DNA of 20,000 nucleotides from an uncultured virus (IMG/VR IMGVR_UViG_3300042257_000233) (lineage: Duplodnaviria > Heunggongvirae > Uroviricota > Caudoviricetes): the IMG/VR virus record IMGVR_UViG_3300042257_000233, one strand, 5' to 3'. Position numbers and translations under genes: made by a program. Positions 6,275 to 16,380 of the stretch are shown in pieces; position 1 is the first letter of the stretch, and each line of letters opens with the position of its first letter. The notes beneath the pieces were generated by a model. It worked only from the letters and a program-made list of their open reading frames with translations. It was not told the DNA's origin and did not search any database.

Positions 6275-9200
6275 ATGGCACAATATAACAGAGACCAATA
6301 CCTCTTTGCACAGAAGATGACAAGTAAGTACAGCGTGCCTGCATACCGGGCAATGCTGCAACCAGAGCAGCGAGATAAGCTGCAAAAGATGCAGAACTAC
6401 TTGAATACCTATCAGCAGAATTTTGAGGCTGAGGAGCGGCAAATGGCGTTTAATACGCTGCCGCTGGACGAACGAACGGGGCAGGGATTACCACAACCAC
6501 GCAGGGAGCGCATTGAATCTTTCTCTCAGATGCCGCTTGATGAGAGAACAGGGGAGACTTTGCCTGAGCGTCCACTGGAGAAAAAACCGGGGGTATTTCA
6601 GCAGATGGTTGATGTGTTCAGGAAGAAACCGGAGCCGGCAGCAGGGCCTACCGTAGACCTGGCAGACCCACAGTCAGAAGAAGATGAACAGCTACAGGAC
6701 TATATAGCACAGAGGGAATACGCTGTGCATCGTATATCTCCGGCAAAAGCATATGAGATGATGCAGCTGAAGCCGATGTACAACCCTAATGATTACTTGA
6801 AAATGCTTGATCTTGAAGAAGAAAAATATTACCAGAAGAAATACCAACAGATGGATGATACTGCGCGTAATGCTTTTGCTGAAGAATGGGGAATACCAGC
6901 AGAGAAAGTGTTCAGCGAATATGCACCGATAAAAGGGCCGGTTTCTGTTCCTGAAGATTACACTGGACGCGCGGGATTTGAGCCGGTGATGGATGCTGCC
7001 ACACCGACGCTCAGAGCTGAAGCGGAAGAACGCAAGCAAAGGATCGCCGACACAACCATTATGCTTGATGCATTAGCTGCACCATTTGCCGAATTGCCGG
7101 TAAAGAAGATTGAAGGGTTAGTTGATGTAACTAATGCAGCGCTTAGTAAGATTACAGGCATCAACGTACCGGATGACAGAGGTGGCGCACTGGCTGAAGT
7201 GCGTAAAGTGCTGGATGAAGTAGGCGGAGCAGCAGCGGAAAAATACACAACCGCTGCCAAGGTTGGTGGCGCCGGAGCTGGTTTAGCAGAATTTATCGTT
7301 GATCTGGCTGTACTGAAGGGAGCGACCGGGATAACGAGCACCCCTGTTCTTTTTGCCATGAACTCAATGGTAAACAATGCGCCTGAAGTGGTTACTGGGC
7401 AGATAAGCAGAGAGGACTATCTGAAGTCAATTGGAGTGAGTGGGTTAACCGGTTTAATGTTTAATGCGACAACCGCCGCAGCACGGAGCATTGGGGCAGA
7501 GAAGGCAATAGCTGGCAAATTGGTAAAATGGATGCCGGAAAGCATGAGCGTGGGCGAAGCCGCAGCGTTGTCCGGCAAACTTGGTCGAGTATTAGGAGCC
7601 CCCATCCCAGCAGCAGGGGCAGCGGCAGCAGGAGCAGGCAGCCAAGTGATGCAGAACGTGCTTAACCACGAAGACGATATACTGAAGGGAGTGCCAGAGA
7701 GTGCAACCCAATTAGCGCTCTACAGTTTTATTACCTCAGTAGCGCCCATGGTGGTGGGGCCAAACCGCATACGTGGTGCAGAGCTGAAGACCGGGATGAA
7801 AGCTGCACAGAAGATGTTCGATGAGACGCTGTTCAGGCAGCAGGTAATTGACCACAAAGTTCCTGACCACGTGATATTGAGTGCGCGACAGCTACGCGAT
7901 ATATGGCAGACCGGCAAGCTGACAACTGCAGAAGAAAAGAGCCTGGTGCAAGAGCTGATGGGTAAAAACGATGCCACGATAAAAGATTTGATACGCAGCA
8001 AGCATGGGCTTGATATCGAGATAGGGGCAGGCAAGATTGTGCGGCTGGTGGATAAACCATATTGGAGCAAGATCAAAGGCATTTTCCGGCTTGATCCGTA
8101 CATGAAGACGGTGAAGCGTACAACCGGCGAGATGAAAGCGTACCGCACCAGCTATGGCAAGCGGCTGGGTGAGCAGCTGAATGAGGCTGAGCAGGCGATA
8201 TTGGCTGGAGATACAGCAGCAGCGCAGCGCACCATGGGGCTGATAGATGCGAACCGCAAAACCATATTGAAGAATGCAGAAGGTGATGCGCCGGTGATAA
8301 AGAAGCGCATTGCTGCCATAGAAACACAATTGGCAGGAGGAGCCGTTGAAACGCAGGAACCGCTGGAAGTGCCCGCACAACCCACCAAAACAGAAATACG
8401 CGAACAAGCCGAAGACACTACAAAGCCAAAGGTAAAGAGCAGGAAGCCGAAAGCAAAAAGTAAGAAGCCAAAGGCAGAGCGCAAGAAGCAGAAGACCTAT
8501 GTACGTACCAGCAAGGGAGTATTTGAAGTAGAGCGAGAAACTGATAAAAGCTGGATACTTACCAATGGTACCATTGCGCGCAAAAGTGCCAAAGGCAACA
8601 GCATATCTACCGAGATGGCATATAAGCGAAGTCTTGCCCGGCGCAAAGCACCCAGTAAACGCAAAGTAACCGACGAGGTGAACCTGCGCACCAGCAATAT
8701 CACGCCAGAGCGCACACCATTTCTTGACCATTTTAAAAGCACCGGGATGCAAACCAGTGATGTTGATTTGAAGAACTACCGCATCGGGATAAAGCCATTA
8801 TTCAGCAAAGACGGTGTTGAGCTGGACAGAGTAATGGAGACCCTGAGTGACGACCACCCATTATGGGCTATGACTCAGGGTGATACCGAAGCGTACAAAC
8901 AAGGACTGCTGGGCGAGATAGACAAACTGTATAATCTTGGTGATGGGAGCTGGGATGAAGCAGATATGGAGCAGCAGGAAGCACTTGCAAATCAGCGCCA
9001 GGCAGAAGAAGAAGCTGCACAGCTTTTGAAGAAAGCTGAGAAGATACCGGCCATGGATCTAAACTTGAATGACAAAGTAAAGTGGGTAGACCCGGAAACC
9101 GGGCTGGTGCATGAAGGAGTGGTGGTAGATGAAATGCCATGGTCAAAGGTGATTCAGAATAACGTGACAATGGAACTTGATGACTTTGAATCTTTGTATG

Positions 9201-12200
9201 TGCTGGATGTGCAGAAAGCTACCCCAGCTGAGGTGGCAGAAAAAAAAGAGGAGTTTGAGGAGAGTACGCAGCCTACTGAGGAGCAGCTGGAACACGGGGT
9301 GATACCAGAACTGGACAACCAAATGGCACAGTTTGGCCGCAGGGCAAATGAAAAGGCAGAGCAGGGTGAACTCTTTGGCGAAGCAGAGACCCCGGCAAAA
9401 GGTAAGAAACGACAATTGCCCAAAGATGAGCTGAAGAAGCTGGAAGAGAAGAAGCTGGCAGCAATCCAGACCGGCGGCAAAACCGGAGGCGAGATTAAGG
9501 CATTGCAGGCCAAAGCCAGAGATGAAGCCCGCCGGGAGCTGGAAGAGAAGTACTATGGCAGAGAGATTGACTTTGGTGAAGGGGTGACCGATGCCAAAAA
9601 AATTACAGAGAAACCAGCACCGGAACTTGCACCTCAACAATCAGATATTGAAAAGCAAGCACTAAACTATAAAACACCAGAAGAATTTATCGATTCGTTT
9701 AGCCTTTATCATGGCACACCAGCAAAAATACAGGGTGGAGTATTGAAGTTTGGTGCAGGTGAGCAGTTAAAGAAAGGCGGCTATATGGGCGGACATTTTT
9801 TAACTGATGAAAAGCAGGCCGCCGAATCATTCCGTATGGGCGGGGAGATATATCGTGCTCACGGTGATATAAAAAATAAAGTGTTTGATGTTAACAAAAA
9901 CAAACGCTTATTTAGGAACTTTATTGGTAAAAAGTTTAAAAATGAAGATGGCAACATGGAAACCTTTACCAAGTCACATTACGAATTTATGTTCCCAGAT
10001 AATGAGGATGCTGATTGGGCTACGGTTTACACTGATGTAGTAGAGTATATTGCAAAACCAAAGGGATATTGGGGCATGATGATCGACGAATATGCTGGCG
10101 GGGTTGATGCAAATACATATCAGTTGTGGCAGGACGAAATACCCATTTACACGGAACAACAGCTCACTGACATCTGGAACAAAGCTAACCAGCAGCCAGC
10201 CGACCAATTACCCGACGCCAAGAAAAAGGTGGAGAAGCCGGAGGCTGCACCTGCTATTGACTTAGTCAAAGAAGCAAAGAAGTATAAGACTGCTGAGGAG
10301 TTTGTAAAGAGTCAAATTGGAAGAAACATATTTGAATATAATGGGGAAAAACTTACCATAGATGCTGTAAAAGATAAGGAAGTGGCTTTATTTTGTGAAG
10401 ACACAAATGTAACTTCCTTTTATTCTGTTGATGAGGTTAAATCTCTTTTATTAAAACAATCAGATATAAATAAAGAAATTGAGTATAAAAGAGATCAAGA
10501 AGCTTTAATTGCTAAAGAATTAGAAAGAAAGAAATCAATCGAAGAACAGAAAAGGAATCTCTATGGCTATGAGAATACATTAGACGCAAAGGGCAAAGTT
10601 AGAGTTGCTAATATCTTAGATAATAAAATAAGAACAAATGATATTGGAATTGTCTCCAAAAGGGATTTTATACTAAAAAGAATTTTGGAAGATGGAAATG
10701 AAGTTGCTAATGGGATTATGGGGAAAAGGAATAAGAATGGTAATCTCATAGGAAGCAAATTAAATAAAACTGAGAGTAAATTTGCAGAGTGGGTTCAATC
10801 AAACAAACAACAGCTCACCGACATCTGGAACAAAGCTAACCAGCGGCCAGCAGACCAATTACCTGACGCCACGGAAAAGGTGGAAAAGCAGGTTGCTGTA
10901 CCACAGCTCCCATCGATAAAAGCCGACATTGACCGCCACAACAAACAGCTGAAGCGTGGCCAGATGCCCGGCGTAAGCGGAGCACAGCTTGAACAAAACC
11001 TGATAGCGGCATACAAAGCCGACGGGGTGACACCAACCACTCAGGAATACTACAAGTTGCTCAACAAGATATACGCACAGCAGTTGCCGTTAAAGGAGCG
11101 TAAGGCACGGTACAACGCCGCATTTGGCGAGGCGAAGTATAGGACATATAATGAAATTGAGGATTTTTATCAGGACTTTCTTGAAATTGAAAATGAATTT
11201 TTGTCAACAGTCGTTAATGACTTTAATAACAACACGTCTTCGCAGAAATGGATAAAACTAAAGCCACAAAGAATAAAAAAGATATTGAGGGATTTTGCAA
11301 TAAGTGGAGTTGTGCGAGATGAGAAGGGGGTTGATCAAGTTTCAGGGCATTTAATACGTAATATTTTAAAATTGCGGGTAAACAACATCATTGCTGGACA
11401 CACTGATTTTGACCCAATAGAATATATCCAAGAACACCATGAAGACTTTAATCCAACAGAAAAAGACTTCGATGATTTTGTCTTTGACTATTTGTATGAT
11501 GAAAAATCAAAACAGATGAGGATCAGCGATTATGGTTCTCCTAAGCTGGAAAAACTTGCCAAGGATTTATATCTATCAACAGATTATAATGCTAAAGTTA
11601 GAATTATAGACCAAATATTGAATGTGGTACACCAAAGAAGTGATCTTGCTGAATTATTTGTTGAGGGTGGTTCCTCTATTCTCGAAGACATATCAGAGCA
11701 AAGATTCCGCACAGCCTTAGATTCTCCCGCATCCCAAACCACCAAAACAGACCTGATGCGTGAAGCTGGCAAAATCCTTGGCACCGATAATGCCGAGAAG
11801 ATACTGCGCTTTGTGGAGAAGATAACAACACCAGACGGCAGAGAGGCACTTGGTAAATATGAGGGCGGACTGATAGACATTGTTATGGGTCGTGGCAATC
11901 CATCAGACACATTCCTTCATGAATGCGTTCACTGGGCGGAAGATTTACTGGAAGAAGATGAGCTCTCAGCACTCGAAAAAGCCATGCCTGACGCCGAGGA
12001 TAGAGCAGAGGGTGTCATTGCATATCGCAACGGAACAAAGACGCTCAGCGGCAAGATTAAGCGCATTGTAGACAAATTACTGCGAACTATCCGTCGGCTA
12101 TTTGGCAAACAGCGCAAGATTGACGTGCTTTACGATTTCTACGACAAACTCATGGCCGGGTATTATGCGCAACAGGGGGCTATCACCGACAACATGTTTA

Positions 12201-15200
12201 CTAATTTAGCAAACGCATTCCGCACCAGCGCAGATGAAGCACGTAAACAATACGAAGCTGTGAAGCTGGTGAAGGATAAAAATGGCAACCTGCTTGCACC
12301 AAATGGTAAGAAGTCAAACCTGAATGAACACCAATGGCGACAGGTGCGCACTCAATTCTTCAAAGACTGGTTCGGGGACTGGGAGAATGACCCAGATAAT
12401 GCAAGTAAGGTTGTAGATGAGAACGGTGAGCCGATGGTGGTTTATCATGGGACGCCTAATGCTATGTGGCTCCCTTATTATTATGCTAAAAAAATAGCAA
12501 TTAGGTTGATCAAAAAAAATGAATCAGAAAAATTAAAAGAAATATACAAAAAAATTAATTCTAAGCTGAAAGAAAGAAATGCCGCTAAGAGAGTGGAGAA
12601 CATTGATGACGTAAGATTCATGGTTAATGCAATTGGATTTAACAAGATGCTTGGTGTTACTGAATCTGAATTAAATGAACTGGCTTCTTGGACAAACCCA
12701 AATCCTTTTGATTATATTGAAGAACACAAAGAACAATTATCAGAACAAGAGTTAACTAAACTTAAATCTGATACATTTGTTGAATTTTCTCAAAAAATGG
12801 TAGGAACAAACACTAAATCTCCAGACGCTAAAGCAGGATTTTTCTTTACTGATGATTCAGAATTTGCGCGCAGGTTTACTTATCAGAAAAATATTGATCC
12901 AATCACTAATACGGTGACAATAGAGCAACCAAGACCTAAAATGTATTCGGTATATTTGTCTATTAAAAATCCAGTTCAAGCATATAAAATGAGTAAACAA
13001 CAAGCAAAAGAATTGTCGGCAATAGATGGCATTCCGTTTACTGATAGCGAATTATTGTCATTTTCCAAAACAATAGATGGGTCTAAAGGCACACAAAAAT
13101 GGTTGGCACCTCATATTAATTTACTAATAAAGAATGGTTATGACGGAATTGTAAACAAAGTTAAGTTTGAAAATAAAGGAAGAATTGAATACATCGCCTT
13201 CTCCCCTACCCAAATCAAATCAGCTACCGCCAACGTAGGCACATTCTCAGCAGACACCGCAGACATCCGGTACAGGGAATATAAACCGGGTGCGCTTAGT
13301 GAAGCACTAAAAAAGGTAAAACCAGAGATTAAACAGTCAATCACCCAGAAGGTTAATGAAACGCCGCTTTCTCTCAATTACGAAACATTCTTGCAAAAGG
13401 CGCAGCGGAAATTACAGGATTCTTTGAGCAGGTCAGGGCAGGTTGTAGAAGAAGCCAAAAAGGTAGCTAAGGTGTCAGACGAAATAGACTTTCGCGAGAG
13501 AGCAGAGCTTTTCATTGGCAAGGCATCAAGAGTAATAGAGAAAAAACAAGATCAATTCAATATAAGCAAAGATGATTCTTTTACGAAGCGACTTATTGAT
13601 GCTGGATACGACATAGAACAACTTGACAAATACCTCATGGCATCATTTGCACCAACGGTAAACCAGCAGGTTCTTGAAAAATTCGGTAAAGAAAACGGTT
13701 CCGGGATGACAGATGCACAGGCGGAAGAAATAATGCAGAAATACGAAGGTTCTGACATTAAATCCTTTGCCGAAGAGTACAGGAAAGAGGTTACCCAAAA
13801 ATCGCTACAGATGATGTATGATAGCGGGTTAATATCAAAAGAGCTTTATGATAAGTTTAGCGCCCAGAAAGACCTCTATGTTCCATTAAAAAGGGATAAG
13901 GACACAACCCGCAAGGGTCGAGGGACAGGTCAGGGGTATTCAGTAACAGGCAGGGGCATAAAAGCGAGAAAGGGGAGAACCACACTTGCTGCAAGCCCGT
14001 TCGTTAATGGACTGCTTGATTTCCAAGATACTGTTGTAAGATCAGAAAAAAACAAAGTTGGTCAATCAGTATTGAAGTTTGCAGAGGCGTTCCCAGATTA
14101 TAAGGCCCCGAACGGAAAACCACTCTTTGAAGTGCGAAGCCAGCAATACATCCCGGTATATGACAAAAACGGTGAGATAGATTTTTTCAATCGCAGATAT
14201 AAAATAGAGGACAACGAGCTGTCTGTTTGGGTCGATGGTAAGCAAAAGATAATTACGATTAATGATGACTCACTTGCCCGTGGCTTAAAGAACCTTGGGC
14301 TGGAGCGTGGTGTTAAATTCTTGAATGCGGCGAACACATTTCTGCGATCTGTTATTACGATGCTGAGTCCTGAGTTTATGATAACAAACTTTGAACGAGA
14401 CATACAAACAGCGATGATAAACATTACAACACAGCAAAAGAAGAACATACAGAAAGAGATGGTTAAAAACGTAATTCCGGCGATACGTGGCGGGTTTAGT
14501 GCTATCCGTGGGGGATCTGGAAGTAAATGGGCCAATGTATTCAATGATTATGCAGACAATGGAGGCAAGACAGGATGGTTTGAGAACAAAAACTTTGATG
14601 AAGTTTTGAGCGGTTTTGAGAAAAACATTAAGAGATACAAGGCAAACAATAAACCAATTAAGGCGGCACGAGAAACAATAAACTTTATAATGGACATGAA
14701 TGAAGCGGTAGAAAATGGGATAAGAATAGCGGCTTACGAGGCTCTTGTGCGCCGTGGTGTTTCTAAGCAAAAGGCTGCTGTTGCGGCAAAAAATCTTACC
14801 GTTAACTTTAACAAAAAGGGCGAATGGGGCGCAGTGATAAATAGCCTTTATCTGTTCTCTAATGCAAGTATACAGGGCACTGCTATTATTGCAAAATCAT
14901 TAAAGAACAAAAAAGTGCAACGTGTTGTTATTGGGCTAATTGCAATGGCCGTGTTGCAAAATGTTATAAATAGGCATATAGATGATGATGAGTATGAAAA
15001 ACTTGACCCATACATAAAGGATAACAACTGGATTTACATGTTGCCAAATGGCAAACACATAAAGATAAGGGTACCGTTTGGATACAGTATCTTTAATGTT
15101 CTTGGGAATGTTATAGCTGACGCAGCCTATGGTGACATTGACATGGGGGAAGCAATATCTCGGTTGTTTTCTGGTGCATTGGATGCGTTTAACCCATTCG

Positions 15201-15820
15201 GATCAACACCAACTGTTGCGCAGTTAATCTCACCAACGGTTGTTGACCCAATTGTTCAAATATCGGAAAATAAAAATTTCTTTGGTGGCCCCATCCGCCC
15301 AGATCAGCCACCATATCAACCGAAAGTTCCAGAAAGTGAGCTTTATTTTAAATCGGTTCGTCCGCAAACAAAAGCAATAACAGATTGGGTTTATAAAATT
15401 ACAGGAGGGGAAGATGGCAAAGACTGGTATACCATAGACATCAGCCCGGAAAACATCGATCACATCATTGACTTCCTTGGGGGGGGTCTTGGAAAGTTTG
15501 TGAGCAATACAATTGCAACTGGGACTTCATTGGCAAAAGATGGTGAGTTTCCAGCGTTAAATAAAATCCCAATATTACGAACAACCTATGGTGAGTCTTC
15601 TGATTACCATAATTTAAGAGTTGTTTATGATATGTTGCAGGAAAGTGGCAGAACAAAATTTAGTGTGCGAAAAAGAACACAGTTTTATGATGCCCTGCGC
15701 GGAGCTGTGTCTGATGGTAAAATAACAAACGACACGATGGTTAAGATGAAAAATCGATTCGATAAAGCCCAAGGGCTTAGTGTTGAAAGGACTAATAGGA
15801 AAAGAAGGAGTAGAAGATGA
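6275..15820 (+). CDS. Large polyvalent protein (3181 aa): Ala/Gly-rich hydrophobic N-terminal region, two ADP-ribosyltransferase-like domains, HExxH metallopeptidase-like domain, LPD38-like C-terminus; probable injected virion protein
   Basis: Uninterrupted 9.5-kb ORF. Motifs: LYHGT...GHFLT (from 9704); TFLHECVHW...EDRAE (HExxH 11918-11932); FKDWFGDW...VVDENGEPMVVYHGT...GFFFT...YLSIKNP...GYDGI...FSPTQIKSA (about 12290-13276); AKNLTVNFNKKG...RVPFGY...NKNFFGGPI...SPENIDH in the C-terminal region. Confidence 0.85.
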   Translation: MAQYNRDQYLFAQKMTSKYSVPAYRAMLQPEQRDKLQKMQNYLNTYQQNFEAEERQMAFNTLPLDERTGQGLPQPRRERIESFSQMPLDERTGETLPERPLEKKPGVFQQMVDVFRKKPEPAAGPTVDLADPQSEEDEQLQDYIAQREYAVHRISPAKAYEMMQLKPMYNPNDYLKMLDLEEEKYYQKKYQQMDDTARNAFAEEWGIPAEKVFSEYAPIKGPVSVPEDYTGRAGFEPVMDAATPTLRAEAEERKQRIADTTIMLDALAAPFAELPVKKIEGLVDVTNAALSKITGINVPDDRGGALAEVRKVLDEVGGAAAEKYTTAAKVGGAGAGLAEFIVDLAVLKGATGITSTPVLFAMNSMVNNAPEVVTGQISREDYLKSIGVSGLTGLMFNATTAAARSIGAEKAIAGKLVKWMPESMSVGEAAALSGKLGRVLGAPIPAAGAAAAGAGSQVMQNVLNHEDDILKGVPESATQLALYSFITSVAPMVVGPNRIRGAELKTGMKAAQKMFDETLFRQQVIDHKVPDHVILSARQLRDIWQTGKLTTAEEKSLVQELMGKNDATIKDLIRSKHGLDIEIGAGKIVRLVDKPYWSKIKGIFRLDPYMKTVKRTTGEMKAYRTSYGKRLGEQLNEAEQAILAGDTAAAQRTMGLIDANRKTILKNAEGDAPVIKKRIAAIETQLAGGAVETQEPLEVPAQPTKTEIREQAEDTTKPKVKSRKPKAKSKKPKAERKKQKTYVRTSKGVFEVERETDKSWILTNGTIARKSAKGNSISTEMAYKRSLARRKAPSKRKVTDEVNLRTSNITPERTPFLDHFKSTGMQTSDVDLKNYRIGIKPLFSKDGVELDRVMETLSDDHPLWAMTQGDTEAYKQGLLGEIDKLYNLGDGSWDEADMEQQEALANQRQAEEEAAQLLKKAEKIPAMDLNLNDKVKWVDPETGLVHEGVVVDEMPWSKVIQNNVTMELDDFESLYVLDVQKATPAEVAEKKEEFEESTQPTEEQLEHGVIPELDNQMAQFGRRANEKAEQGELFGEAETPAKGKKRQLPKDELKKLEEKKLAAIQTGGKTGGEIKALQAKARDEARRELEEKYYGREIDFGEGVTDAKKITEKPAPELAPQQSDIEKQALNYKTPEEFIDSFSLYHGTPAKIQGGVLKFGAGEQLKKGGYMGGHFLTDEKQAAESFRMGGEIYRAHGDIKNKVFDVNKNKRLFRNFIGKKFKNEDGNMETFTKSHYEFMFPDNEDADWATVYTDVVEYIAKPKGYWGMMIDEYAGGVDANTYQLWQDEIPIYTEQQLTDIWNKANQQPADQLPDAKKKVEKPEAAPAIDLVKEAKKYKTAEEFVKSQIGRNIFEYNGEKLTIDAVKDKEVALFCEDTNVTSFYSVDEVKSLLLKQSDINKEIEYKRDQEALIAKELERKKSIEEQKRNLYGYENTLDAKGKVRVANILDNKIRTNDIGIVSKRDFILKRILEDGNEVANGIMGKRNKNGNLIGSKLNKTESKFAEWVQSNKQQLTDIWNKANQRPADQLPDATEKVEKQVAVPQLPSIKADIDRHNKQLKRGQMPGVSGAQLEQNLIAAYKADGVTPTTQEYYKLLNKIYAQQLPLKERKARYNAAFGEAKYRTYNEIEDFYQDFLEIENEFLSTVVNDFNNNTSSQKWIKLKPQRIKKILRDFAISGVVRDEKGVDQVSGHLIRNILKLRVNNIIAGHTDFDPIEYIQEHHEDFNPTEKDFDDFVFDYLYDEKSKQMRISDYGSPKLEKLAKDLYLSTDYNAKVRIIDQILNVVHQRSDLAELFVEGGSSILEDISEQRFRTALDSPASQTTKTDLMREAGKILGTDNAEKILRFVEKITTPDGREALGKYEGGLIDIVMGRGNPSDTFLHECVHWAEDLLEEDELSALEKAMPDAEDRAEGVIAYRNGTKTLSGKIKRIVDKLLRTIRRLFGKQRKIDVLYDFYDKLMAGYYAQQGAITDNMFTNLANAFRTSADEARKQYEAVKLVKDKNGNLLAPNGKKSNLNEHQWRQVRTQFFKDWFGDWENDPDNASKVVDENGEPMVVYHGTPNAMWLPYYYAKKIAIRLIKKNESEKLKEIYKKINSKLKERNAAKRVENIDDVRFMVNAIGFNKMLGVTESELNELASWTNPNPFDYIEEHKEQLSEQELTKLKSDTFVEFSQKMVGTNTKSPDAKAGFFFTDDSEFARRFTYQKNIDPITNTVTIEQPRPKMYSVYLSIKNPVQAYKMSKQQAKELSAIDGIPFTDSELLSFSKTIDGSKGTQKWLAPHINLLIKNGYDGIVNKVKFENKGRIEYIAFSPTQIKSATANVGTFSADTADIRYREYKPGALSEALKKVKPEIKQSITQKVNETPLSLNYETFLQKAQRKLQDSLSRSGQVVEEAKKVAKVSDEIDFRERAELFIGKASRVIEKKQDQFNISKDDSFTKRLIDAGYDIEQLDKYLMASFAPTVNQQVLEKFGKENGSGMTDAQAEEIMQKYEGSDIKSFAEEYRKEVTQKSLQMMYDSGLISKELYDKFSAQKDLYVPLKRDKDTTRKGRGTGQGYSVTGRGIKARKGRTTLAASPFVNGLLDFQDTVVRSEKNKVGQSVLKFAEAFPDYKAPNGKPLFEVRSQQYIPVYDKNGEIDFFNRRYKIEDNELSVWVDGKQKIITINDDSLARGLKNLGLERGVKFLNAANTFLRSVITMLSPEFMITNFERDIQTAMINITTQQKKNIQKEMVKNVIPAIRGGFSAIRGGSGSKWANVFNDYADNGGKTGWFENKNFDEVLSGFEKNIKRYKANNKPIKAARETINFIMDMNEAVENGIRIAAYEALVRRGVSKQKAAVAAKNLTVNFNKKGEWGAVINSLYLFSNASIQGTAIIAKSLKNKKVQRVVIGLIAMAVLQNVINRHIDDDEYEKLDPYIKDNNWIYMLPNGKHIKIRVPFGYSIFNVLGNVIADAAYGDIDMGEAISRLFSGALDAFNPFGSTPTVAQLISPTVVDPIVQISENKNFFGGPIRPDQPPYQPKVPESELYFKSVRPQTKAITDWVYKITGGEDGKDWYTIDISPENIDHIIDFLGGGLGKFVSNTIATGTSLAKDGEFPALNKIPILRTTYGESSDYHNLRVVYDMLQESGRTKFSVRKRTQFYDALRGAVSDGKITNDTMVKMKNRFDKAQGLSVERTNRKRRSRR
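10155..10889 (+). repeat. 84-bp direct repeat pair inside the giant ORF (10155-10238 and 10806-10889)
   Basis: 7 mismatches in 84 nt, offset 651 nt (in frame). The copies encode QQLTDIWNKANQQPADQLPDAKKKVEK and QQLTDIWNKANQRPADQLPDATEKVEK. Confidence 0.95.
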
Positions 15821-16371
15821 AAAAGATTTATATTGCGATAATTCTCATTGTGGCGGTCTCATTGTTTGCCGCACAACGGGCAACAGAGCCGTGGGAATTT
15901 ACGGAAAAAGAGTTAACCCATAAAAACGTAACAATTGGTGATTATGATTCCACGTTACGTGAAAATTACCAAACCGTTACTGTTGTTACGTCTGACACAC
16001 TGGCATATGTAGACACAAACGAACATGCGTTTACGCTTGATAATGCTCTCGGATATTATGAGGTAAACCTATATTCAGCTTATGTGGTAGAGGTGCAAAT
16101 AATTTATCGTGGCAATCCAAATGACGTAAATCTCGTTATATCTACTGCATCTTCTGGTCAGGAGCTTTCTGCGGCAAATGCCATTTCACAGCTTGATGAT
16201 GATTATTGGGCTTCAAAGACTATTGATCTTAACACATCCGGTGGAACTGGGACAGAATACTATCTTTTGCCAGATGCTTTATTCAACGGTGAGCATATTT
16301 ATTTCAAGTATTCATATAGCGGAGACCCCGGTAACGACGTTAAGGTTGCAATTTTTGTAACCAGAATTTAA
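15817..16371 (+). CDS. Hypothetical protein with N-terminal signal peptide (184 aa)
   Basis: ATGA overlap with the giant ORF and AAGGAG RBS. MKKIYIAIILIVAVSLFA is a Sec-type signal; the mature part is beta-rich. Confidence 0.75.
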   Translation: MKKIYIAIILIVAVSLFAAQRATEPWEFTEKELTHKNVTIGDYDSTLRENYQTVTVVTSDTLAYVDTNEHAFTLDNALGYYEVNLYSAYVVEVQIIYRGNPNDVNLVISTASSGQELSAANAISQLDDDYWASKTIDLNTSGGTGTEYYLLPDALFNGEHIYFKYSYSGDPGNDVKVAIFVTRI

Positions 16372-16380
16372 GGAGTATAG

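Noticed and set aside
10155..10889. 84-bp repeat pair as a second TR/VR pair
   Set aside because: Mismatches include T/C and C/T changes and run in both directions, so they are not adenine-specific. Both copies are coding.
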